Assembly: GCA_951406725.2 (NCBI GenBank)
Contig: OX597822.1
Coordinates: 90,458,001 to 90,522,000, forward strand
Direction: 5' to 3'
Length of the DNA: 64,000 bases
From: Octopus vulgaris
Taxonomy: Eukaryota
The notes below the pieces were generated by a model, which did not search any database, was not told the origin of the DNA, and was given only the letters and a program-made list of their open reading frames with translations. Each line of letters begins with the position of its first letter. Position 1 is the stretch's first letter. This document shows positions 13,161 to 24,676 of this stretch, piece after piece. A program made the position numbers and the translations under genes.

Positions 13161-13864
13161 TTATCATAGATAGTCAAAAATCAAGTGTTTTAATTTGAAT
13201 GTCAAACATTGTAATAAGTTTCCTCATGCTAGTTGTCAATTTAGAATGGAATGTCATGGTTAGATTACTAAAAAAAAAAAAGCCATCATACTTGCTAAAG
13301 GTTACGTTGAACGATCTGCTAACATAAGCTCAATATTATTTTATTAGACTCTGGTCATGCTGGGTGCCATCTTCAGTTATTTAGTCATTCATTGCAACCC
13401 TGATGTTTATTGTACTGATCTCTGTTGAATTACACAGTAGTAAATGTATGAAAGGCAGACTACCTTAGTGACACTCTGCAGAGAATCTTGGGCAAATATT
13501 TTCTACTGCAGCCTCAATGTGTTATGTAGGGAATTTGGTAGATGGAAACTGCTAAAAAGGCAAAAAGCAATGCTCTAGAAAGAAGCAACATACTGATGGG
13601 GCCAAGTTATGGAAGTATCGGAAAAATTGATTAGAAAGAGAATGTGCTCAGATGAGATGCTGTTTGGACTTGTGCTGGTGTTCTTTGCAAAGTGTGATAG
13701 CTACTAGAAAAATTCTTTAAGGTTAATCCTCTCTAATACACTTAGGCTTTAACCCCAATTTGAGTGAAAAAATATCATTTTATCTGCCTTTTCTAAGAGA
13801 ACCAGGCTTAGTCTAAAGATTTGTCATGCTTGTATGTATATTGCAGGGTTTTTTTTTTGTTCAT

Positions 13865-16800
13865 TTATTTTATTATTTTATCTAGTTTCAGCTCACGAGC
13901 TGTGGCCATGCTGGGGCACTGCCATTCGGTGTTGCTACATGATTTTACTTCACAAATGCTTTTTAGCAATTGCCATTTGGTGCTTGGGAGAGTTCGATGC
14001 AGCTGCCCTCATCTGCACCCCCTGCCTTGAAGTTGGTTCATATGGGACACCTGACAGGAAGAGATCCAGTTTTATTTTAAAGACATCTGCATCCACCCCA
14101 TGCAGGTGTCTCATGTCCTTCGGGAGGATATTGAAGAGCTGTGGACCTCTGAAGCCCAGGCTATCACAGTATCTTGTCCTACATCTTGATGGCAAATTTG
14201 GAGTCCTTGGCACTATGTAGTGGCACCCAGTTCTAGTATTTGTGTAACTCTTGATGCCAAATTTTGGGACAAGTCCTTCCAGATGTATATTATGGCATAT
14301 CTTTCTCACTTACGCTCTAAGGAATAGTCTTAATCTCTTGAGTCTTTCCCAATAGCTTATATGCTGCACAGAGGCTATCTTCTTCATGTAGCTTCATTGG
14401 ATTGCCTCAAGTTCTGTAATTAATTTGACACTGGATGGTGACCATAGCTGAGAGCAACAGTCAAAGTGGCTTAGGACAAGTGTCCTCCAGAGGACTGTCA
14501 TGGTTTCCTGGTCTCTTGTTCTAAAGGCTCTAAGAATCCATCCGGTCAGCCGCCTACATTTCATTACCAATTTAGTAACATGCACATGAAAGGTTGCATC
14601 ATTACTAATGTAAATACCCAGGTCTCGCACTGATTGTGCCTCTGGGCTTGCAATCCCTCCAAGTCCAGTGTATTTATTGGGTATTGCATTTAGTTTTGCA
14701 TGCTGATAGCCTAAAGCTTGAAACTTTTCAGCATTGAACTGCATGCTATTCTTTTCAGCCCACTTGTATATTTTGTACAGCTCACATTGCAGGTGCATAG
14801 TGTCTTCAGGGTTCTGTATTACCTGTGAAACTTTTGTATCATCTGCAAAACTTGTGATTGTGGCACTCTGCATGGCTGAGGGCATGTCTGAGAGGGCCAT
14901 TATGAACAGCAGTGGTCCCAAAACAGTGCCTTGCGGAACACCGCTCACTATTTGCGTGTTGATAGAGGTGGTCCCATTGGCTACTACCACCTGACTTCTA
15001 TCCTTCAGAAAGTCATGAAGCCATTCTCCCAATTTTCCAACTATGCCAAGATCACGCAATTTGTAACATATTCCATGATCGACTTTATCAAAGGCCTTTG
15101 CAAAGTCGAGATATATCACTTCTACATTTGAGTGGTTGAGCAGTTGTTTCAGCACCCAGTCATAGTGTTGTAGGAGCTGAGTTAGGCAGCTTCTTCCTGG
15201 TCGGAAACCATGTTGGGTGTCAGGCAGCAAGTCATTTTCTTCAAGGAAGGCGATTAGTTTCCTTCTGACTATTCGTTCCATGACCTTGCTTATGTGTGAG
15301 GTCAGAGAGATAGGTCTGTAGTTCTTGGCCTCTGGTCTGCTACCTCCTTTATGAATAGGGCATATTTTTCCATCGGGGCCAGTAGCTGAGTTTGGGTAAA
15401 TTTCATCTATCGCCTTTATTACATCGTCTTCCTTTATATTGATGTAATCAATCATTGTTGCCTCTGATTTTATACCTGCAGTAGTAAAGAAGTCAGTTGG
15501 ATTGCTGACTTGAAAATGCCCTAGGGGTGGAGTGAAAATACTTTTGAATTGCTCATTTAGTATTTCACTTACCCTCATTGGATTTCTTGTGAGTGTACCA
15601 TTCTTTTCAAGGAGTGGCCCTATCCTACAGTACACCATAGCTGTTTCTTTGGCAAACTTGTAGAAAGCTCTGGAGTTAGATTTTATGTTGTCTATAGCCC
15701 GGGCTTCTTTGTCTGCTCTTTCTTTTTCATGGGAGACATTTTTCAATTTCCAACAGTTTTATTTTCAGGCGGGACTTTTCACTGCTTTCAATTTGTTTGT
15801 TTAGGCGATTTGAAACTTTTGTATGCTGTCTCATAAGAATTTTCCTCTCTCTGGGACACATTTGTAGCATATGGTTTGCATTACAGACATGAATTATTGA
15901 AGTTTCATGTCGATGTCTGGCAAGGAGAGACATTAAGGCCAGTTTTGTTTGAGGATCTCTTTCTCAATTTGTTTCCAGTTTGCCTTATGGAAGTTGAAGC
16001 TGGAAAGATCCTGAGAGATTCCTGTAGGCTGCATGTCCATGCTTTCCTTTGGTCCGTACATGGTCAGCTCTACCATGTTGTGATCCGAGAGTAGCGTCAG
16101 TGTCACTTTCACATTATGGATGAGATCCATATTTGTGAAGCAGAGATCCAGTATGTTACCTGCCCTGGTTGGTTGGAGTATTATTTGCTCCATGTACAGA
16201 GTGTTGATGAGGTTCAGGAGGGACCTCGTTTGCATCGTATTATTCCTGGGAGAGAAAGGCCCGTGGGCCATCTGACATTGGGCAGATTGAAGTCTCCCAT
16301 AAGAAGTACACTTATGTGTTGTTCTAATGCGACTAGAACTTCTATTTTTGTAAGGCAGTCTTCAAACTTGCCTACATGGCTTGGAGCATCTGGAGGGCGA
16401 ATTGTAGTACATATAACTACACCGAGTTGCTTTATATGTACAATTAGTGTGTCACATACCGAATTTGAATATGACAAAAGGACCTGGGGTGTGAGGTCTT
16501 CGCGGATGTACATAGCAACTCCACCATGACTCCTTTCTTTTCTGTCGGTCCGTAATACAACATACTGTGGTATGTGTATTTCCGCATCTGCTATGTCCAG
16601 TTTCAGGTGTGTTTCCGTAAGTGCTATGCATAAGGCTTGATTGCATGCAACAAGGTCTCAAGAAAGGGATTTTTGTCTTGTTACTGAGTGTTAGCAGTCC
16701 TCTGATGTTCAGTAGGAGCATCGAGGTGATGTGTGTGTTGTTGCCACCTTGGGTCTATTTGCTGTGGCAGTCTTGTGTATTGTGGATAGTCCCATCTGTG

Positions 16801-18283
16801 AGTTTGAGTTTGATGGAGCCAGGTTAGCTGCTGTACAATCTTTTGTGCCATGCACAAAAAAGATTCTTGTTCAGCAGCTGCCCTTTCAATAACATGTTGA
16901 TGGTTTGTAACACGCACTACATCTTAGTACCTCCGTTTTGGGGCAGGTGGTGCGTAGTCTTTTCCTTTTGGCAGTTGGTTTCTGCCCTGTTTCATGTTTA
17001 TGTGGCAGGGTCTTTGGTGTACAAAACAGCAGCCTGCCTGTGCCAGCAGACACCTTTCAGGTAGAATTTACACATTCGTGTGTGCTGTCTATCCTTTTTG
17101 GTATATGGATAGTCAGGTTTGGTTCTATCCTTGGCTGTGTTTCATCTTTTGGTTTTGTTTGAGTTTTAGTTTTTCCTTCTTTGGCTGTTTCATCTTTCGT
17201 TTTTCTTTTAGTTTTTCCTTCTTTTACGTCTTTTTTGGCTCTTTCATCTCCATGGTTTTGGCTTTTGATGCTGGTAGGGGCACTTGCACTTGGGTTTCTC
17301 ACTTGAATCTTCTTTGTTGGTTTCTCACTTGAATCTTCTTTGTTGTCCTGGGTGTCTACCAAGTGAGGGTGACATCTTTATGTCCGTCAGCACATCACCA
17401 GGCTGTCAAGAACAAAGACAATTCCATGCTCCTCCAGGTTCTGGACATTTTTTTGGATATTTTATTTATTTACCTATCTAATTATATTTAAAATTTAACT
17501 GTGTGATAGAGGGTAGAGAAGAAATAGAGAAAGAAAGTGTCTATGTATTTAGAGAGATTGAGTGAAGGTAGAAAGTTTGTGTCTATATATTTAGAAAGAT
17601 GGTGTGACAGAGAAAGGCGTGAAGGAGAGAAGTGAAGGGACAGAGAGAAAGAAATGAAAGAGAGGAGGTCATGCAACAAATAAATATATATCTACAGCTA
17701 TGAAAGTTCTCTTCTAAGCTAATTATAAATATCTATCTATCCGTAACTACAAAAATTTTCTTCTAAATTAATTACGACTATATTTCTAATGTTCGCGTCT
17801 ATATATTTAGGAAGATTGAGAGGCTGAGTAAATATATATATATATATATATAAATAAATAGAGCAACAAATAAATATATACCTATCTAAAATTGAATAAT
17901 TTTGAAGAGACGTAGTGAGAAATTGATAAAAGTGAAGCGAGCGCTGAAACAGAAATTGAAAGATTATTAACAATGTAAACAGAGATGAGGTCCTAACTCA
18001 GACGTTACATTGAACTACAGGAAATTAAACAAATGAAAAGGGGTACTTATCTTACAAGAGGTAGAAGTTCCAAATCCGTGTCCCTATACGGAGAAGTTTT
18101 CTTTCAAAAACCAAAAGAGAACAATTCTTTTTGCTTGTTTACAGTTGGTTGGAAATAAACTTACGAGATGCCACCACGTGCTTTTTCGACGGAAAATTTT
18201 GAGTGCGTAATTAACTTTACTGTATTATATTCGGCTTGAAGCGAAATATATTACGGTTTTTAACTAATATATCCTAGTAGACC
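13865..18283 (-). mobile_element. Near-full-length decayed CR1-group LINE, copy A (5' region, ORF1, APE endonuclease + RT ORF2, 3' tail)
   Basis: Endonuclease motifs LLNIRGL, LMGDFNLP, NILDLCF, LSDH. RT motifs NYRPISLTS, QHGFR, YLDFAKAFDKVDH, GVPQGTVLGPLLF, FADD. ORF1 ATG at 17448. Frameshifts, stops, and a deletion after GPDG relative to copy B. The 5' end may extend to ~18403. Confidence 0.9.
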
Positions 18284-18403
18284 ACTATGAGATAACAAGT
18301 TCTACGTTTTTTATCAGTTTTAGCAGATTATTTCGTCGATATATGCAAACCTTTTTGTTTTTATCACAGAGTGAAAGCAAACACGTCTTTCCCCTACGAA
18401 ACC

Positions 18404-18567
18404 GTATGTATGTATGTATATATATATATACATATATATGTATGTATGTATATATATATATATGTATGTACGTATATTATATATATATATATATATATGT
18501 ATGTATATATATGTATATATATATATATATGTATGTATGTATATATATATATATGTATATATGTATG

Positions 18568-18598
<31 letters not shown>

Positions 18599-18831
18599 GT
18601 ATGTGTATATATATATATATGTATGTATATATATATATATATGTATGTATGTATATATATATATATATGTATGTATGTATATATATATATATGTATGTAT
18701 GTATATATATATGTATGTATGTATATATATATGTATATGTATGTATGTATATATATATGTATATGTATGTATGTATATGTATGTATGTATGTATGTATGT
18801 ATATATATGTATGTATGTATGTATATATATG

Positions 18832-18870
<39 letters not shown>

Positions 18871-18881
18871 GTATATATATG

Positions 18882-18973
<92 letters not shown>

Positions 18974-19382
18974 TGTATATATATGTATGTATGTATGTAT
19001 ATATGTATGTATATATATGTATGTATGTATATGTATGTATATATATGTGTATGTATATATATGTGTGTGTATATATATGTATGTATATATGTGTGTGTAT
19101 ATATATATACATATATGTGTGTGTATATATATACTATATGTATGTGTATATATATATATGTATGTACATATGTGTATGTGTGTGTATATATATACTATAT
19201 GTATGTGTATATATATATATGTATGTACATATGTGTATGTATGTATATATATATACATATATATGTGTATATATATGTATGTATATGTGTGTATATATAT
19301 ATGTATATACATATATATGTATGTATATGTGTGTATATATATATGTATATACATATATATGTATGTATATGTATTTATATAG

Positions 19383-19426
<44 letters not shown>

Positions 19427-19472
19427 GTTTGTGTATGGTTATATATGTATGTATGTATATATATGTATGTAT
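18404..19472. repeat. ~1.07-kb compound (TA)n/(TATG)n/(TG)n microsatellite
   Basis: Directly visible. It generates the spurious Y/I/M/C/V ORFs in the track. Confidence 0.97.
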
Positions 19473-19779
19473 ACTTTGTTCTCTTATATGTACACAATTC
19501 ACTAAATATTGTACCACATTTTCAACTCTTTCTCCCCACTTTCTTACTCACTTTGCACTTCACTATGTCCCTGTTTCTCTTGTTTTTCTCATCACTCCTT
19601 GATTCTTCCATCTACTTCTACACACTCTCTCTCTCTCTTCTCCCCCTCCTTAATTCCTTTGTTCTTCTTTTTCTCTGCTCAAGCGACCATTGGCCGACTG
19701 CTAGTCCTTTTGCGTTTGACCGTGGTCACTGCCACATCGATATTTTTCCCTCTGCATGTATGTATATATATATGTATGT

Positions 19780-22700
19780 TTTTTTTTTCTCTCTTTAGTT
19801 CCAGCTCAGAGCTGCAGCCATGCTGATGCATCGCCGTTTCATGCTACACTGTTATTACTAAGAGCCTCCTCTAATATGTAGCACTTGGTGAATAAGTGAG
19901 TTTGATGTTGCTACCCTAATTTGCACCTCTTGCCGTGAGGTAGGTTCATCTGGGACTCTCGGCAGGAAGAGGTCCAGCTTTGATTTAAAAACCCCTACAT
20001 CTACTTTGTGCAAGTTCCTCAGACTTGTTGGGAGAATATTAAAAAGCTGTGCGCCTTTGACACCCAGGCTATTGCAGTAACTGGTCCTGAAGCGTGATGG
20101 CATTGCTGGGATCCTTGGCACTATGCAGTGTCGTGCTGTTCTAGCATTGGTGTATTTGGCACAATTCCTTCCAGGATCTTCCAGATATATATTACTGCAT
20201 ACCTCTCCAGGAGTAGTGTTTTAGCTGTTTCAACCTGTCCCAGTAGCTGAGCTGTTGCAAAGAGATGATCTTCTCTGGATTGTTTCAAGGTCCACTGTTA
20301 ATTTCACACTGGTGGGTGACCATAGCTGTAAGCAGTAATCCAGGTGGCTGAGGATGAATGTATGCCAGAGGACCATCATGGTTTCCTTATCTCTGGTTCT
20401 GAATGTTCTTAGGATCCATCCAGCCTGTCGTCTGCACTTTGTCACCATCCTGGTAATGTGCACTTGAAAAGAGGTATCATTACTCATGTCGATACCTAGG
20501 TCCCTCACTGACTTAGGCTCTGGGATTGAAATTTCTTGTGGACTGGGGTACCTGTAAGTTTCATATTCAGTTTTGGATGCTGGTAGCGCAGGGCTTGGAG
20601 TCTTTCATTAAACTGCATATTACTGTCCTCAGCCCACCTGTAAATTGAGTCCAACTCCTGCTGCAGGTGTGCAACATCGCTCAAGTTCTGTATTTTCTGC
20701 GAGACTTTCGTATCATCTGCATAGCTTGTGAGGGTGGCTATCTGAGCATTTGAGGGCATATCTGAAAGGGCCACTATAAAAAGCAGTGGTCCCAAGACAG
20801 TGCCCTGTGGAACACCGCTCACTATTTATGTGTTCATAGAGGTGGCTCCATTAGCCACTACTGCCTGACTCCTATCTTTCAGTAAGTCATGTAACCACTC
20901 TCTAAGTTTTCCAGCTATGCCAAGATCACACAGTTTGTGGCGTATGATCCATCTTGTCAAAAGCTTTTGCAGAATCAAGGCATATTAGGCTCACATTTGA
21001 TTTGTTGAGTAACTGCCTCAACACCCAGTCATAATGTTGTAAGAGCTGGATCAGGCAGCTCCTATCTGTTCAAAAACCATGCTGAGTATCACTCAGCAAG
21101 TTATTTTCTTCAAGGAATGTGATTAGTTTCCCTCTGACTATCTGTTCCATGACTTTGCTGATGTGTGAAGTCAGAGAGATAGGCCTATAGTTTCTGGCAT
21201 CTGCTCTACTTCCCCCTTTATGTATTGGGCATATTATTCCCTCTTTCAGCTTGCTTGGCAGTTTCCCATTTGTAAGAAAGCACTTGTAGAGAATCTGGAG
21301 GGGTTTTGCCAGGGCATGCTTACACGATTTGAGGAGGATTGTTGGGAAACCATCAGGACCAGCAGTTGAATTTGTGTCCATTTCATCTATGGCTAGTAGT
21401 ATATCTTCTTCGCTAATGTCAATGTATTCCATTGTAACTGCCTCGCTGGTTACAGGTGAGGCGGTAAAGAAGTCCACTGGTTCGTTCACTTGTCTGTGTT
21501 CTAATGGGGTGGTAAAGACACTTTTGAACTGGTCATTCAGTATCTCACTGATCTTAGTTGTACTGTATGTGAGGGAGCCATCCTTTTGGAGGAAGGGTCC
21601 TATCTTGCAGTGTACTGAGGCTGTTTCTTTTGCATAATGAAAGGCCTTTGGGTTTGAGTTAATGTTTTTTATAACCCAGGCTTCTTTGTCTGCTTTCTCC
21701 CTCACATAGGATTGTTGCAGCCTTTTTTCGATCTCCATCAGTGTCGTTTTTAGGCGGGATGTTTCGCTACTTTGGGGATGTTGGTTGAGTCAATTTGCAA
21801 CCTTCATCCATTGTCTCATAAGGGTCTTCCGAGCTTCCTCTCCCTTGGAATCTTGTTCCTATTTGTTTTGGCCTTGTGCCATGGGACATATTTCTGTCAT
21901 ATGGCTTGCACAACAGACATGAAACATTCTAGTTTCATGTCAATGTCTGGTATGGAGAGACATTTCAGCCGATCAATTTCCAATCTGCTTTGTGAAAGTT
22001 CAGATTGGAGAGATTTCAGGTGCTTCTATTAGGCTGTATGTCTCTGGTTACTTTCGGCCCAAACATAGACAGCTCTATTATGTTGTGATCCGAGACTAAT
22101 GTCGATGTCACTTTCACATCATGAATGATGTCCATATTGTTCGTGTAGCAGAGATCCAGAATGTTATTTGCCCTAGTTGGTCTGAGTACAGCTTGCTCCA
22201 TGAATAGGGCCTTGGTGAGGTTGAGCAGGGACTCCAACTGTGCTTGCTTGCAATGAGTCATTCCTGAGAGTACGAGACCTTCGGACCATTTGACGTTGGG
22301 GAAGTTGAAATCACCCATAAGAAATATGGTCACGTGGTGTTCCAGTTTCATGAGGATTTCTTTAATTCTTGTGAGGCAATCTTCAAACTTGCCTATGTGG
22401 TTTGGAGCATCCTGTGGGCGATATGCATTGCATATGACTATATTATGTTGTCTTATGTATACAAATAAAGTGTCACATACCGAATTTGAGTATGACAGTA
22501 AGACCTGGGGTGTGAGTTCATCACAGATGTATACAGCAACTCCACCATGGCTCCTTTCCCTTCAGTCTGTTTGCAGTATGGCATAGTTTGGTATATGTAC
22601 TTCTGCATCCTCTATACCAGGGCTGAGGTGAGTTTCCACAAGTGCCATGCATAGGGCTTGATTGCATGCAGTAAGATCTCTCAGGAGAGAAATTTTGTTT

Positions 22701-24676
22701 TTATTATGATGCAACAGGCCCCCAATATTTAGTAAAAGTATTGGGGTGACGACTGTGCGGGCATTAGGGGAGGTCGTCCCATGTCTGTTGACTGTGATGG
22801 ACAAGGTTCCTTGTTTGTGTTTGGCATAGCCACGTCAGCTGCTGTACAATCCTTTGCGCCATGCACAAAAGAACTCTTGCTCAGCTGCTGCGTTGCGCAG
22901 AGCATCTGAGGAGCACACTCCTTTTCTGAATGTTTTCCTGAGACATTTGTTGTTTTTCCTCAGTGAAGTTTTTCTCTTTAAGGCCCCTGTAGTTCTGGCG
23001 GGGTGTCGGGTGGGTAAACCGGCAGTTTTTGCCGTCCTCTCATGCCAACATTTGCCTTGCAGGTTCTTGGGTGCCTTCCAGATTTCTTCTTTCCTGTAGG
23101 ATTTTGGATGGCATTGGATCTTTATGGGGTTTTCGATTGTTTGTTTGGTCTGTTGGGGTTTTGGTTGTTTTGCCTTTTCCTTTTTCTTCCTTACCTTCTT
23201 TATTTTTGTTTTCCGTCCTTCCTTTTCTTGTGGTGGGAACTTTTTTCTTCTGGTTTTCTAATGGGGTGAGGGCTCCGTTCCTTTGTAGGACCACTGGTAC
23301 GGAGGCTTCCAGTTACTGCTCTCTTGGCTCCCCTATCCTTCTCTGCCTGGTCGTTCACCGGGGTAGGTGATCCATTCTCTTTAGGAACCTTTGGATTACA
23401 GAGACTTCCAGGTTTTGTTACCTTTTCTTTTTCGTCTTCTCTATCCTTATTAGCCTTGCCACAATAGTTTTCGATTATGTTATCCAAGGTGTTGATGTGT
23501 GGTCTTATAAGCATATAAGACCAGATAAATTCACTCTTCTTCTGCTCTATCTGGTCAATGGTTCTGTGAAAGCCATTGTTCTTTAGTGTAGCAGTGATGA
23601 TGATGTTTGGCGGATTGCCGCTAGCAATCATCCATGTTCGTAGCAGAAGATTTAATTCTTTCTTCTCCCACTTTGGTGCCATCTTCGTTTTTTAAGCCCA
23701 GAGGGGAGTAGAGGCTAGAGATGTAGAGAGAGATAGAGGGAGGAAGAGAAGAAGAAACACAGAGGGAGGAAATCGGGAAAAGAGAGGGAGATATGAATGA
23801 AAGGGAGAGGTGCTATGAAGGAAATTGAGAGGGTGATATGAGGAAAGCAAGGGGTGTGGCACGTTAGAGAGACAGAGGAAGGGGAGAAAAAGAGAGACAG
23901 GAAAGGATGTGAGAGCAAGGGAGAAACGGAGTGAGAAGAATGGGCAAATGAGAAGTATATGAGGGAGAGGGCGAGGTGACAGGAGAAGAGGTAGTTGTGA
24001 GATACAAAGGAAAAGAAAGAGAAGTGAGAAAAGAGAAGGATATGAAAGGGAAGGAGAGAGATGAGAAAAAGAGTAAAATATGCAAGAGAGAGGGAAAGAG
24101 TAGGCGTAAAGAGAGATAAAGGGAGGGAGAGAGGAGCAGGAAAGGAAGGAGAGAGGAAGAGGTAGATATGAAGACAGTGGGAGTAGGTATCGAAATGTGT
24201 AGGGAAATGAAAAACAATATATAATTCTAAATAATTTTAAAGAGATAAAGTGAAAAAAAAAAGGGACGATAGTGTAAAGAAAGAGGTTTCGTGATTTCTA
24301 GTTTTCAAATAGATTGAGAGCAAAGTGGACACTGTAATAGAAGTTGAAAGAAAATTATAGTGAGGATTCTCAGAAAGTAAACAAAGATGAAGTTGTAACT
24401 GAGATGTTACCTTCAGTTAAAGGAAAATAAACAAATGGAAAGGATGCTTATTCGCAAGAGGTAAAATTCCAAATCCCTGTTCTTGTACTAAGAAGTTTTC
24501 TTTCAAAAAATAAAACAATTCTTTTTGCTTCTTACATTCAGCTGGAAATAAAAGTACAACCTGCAACCACGTGCTTTTCCAATGAAAACTCTCACATGCG
24601 TAACTGACTTTAATGTATTATATTCAGCTTGTAGCGAAATATATTACGGTTTTTAATTAATATATTATAGTAGACC
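19780..24676 (-). mobile_element. Near-full-length decayed CR1-group LINE, copy B (diverged subfamily)
   Basis: ORF1 ATG at 23682. ORF2 pieces 22562-22804, 22016-22351, 21070-21738, 20505-20822 (YADD), 20230-20508 and 19858-20121. Pyrimidine-rich 5' UTR at 23700-24220. Its 5' block is homologous to copy A. Confidence 0.9.

Noticed and set aside
18320-19826. Long ORFs of 200-475 aa
   Set aside because: Translations of the stop-poor TA/TG microsatellite.
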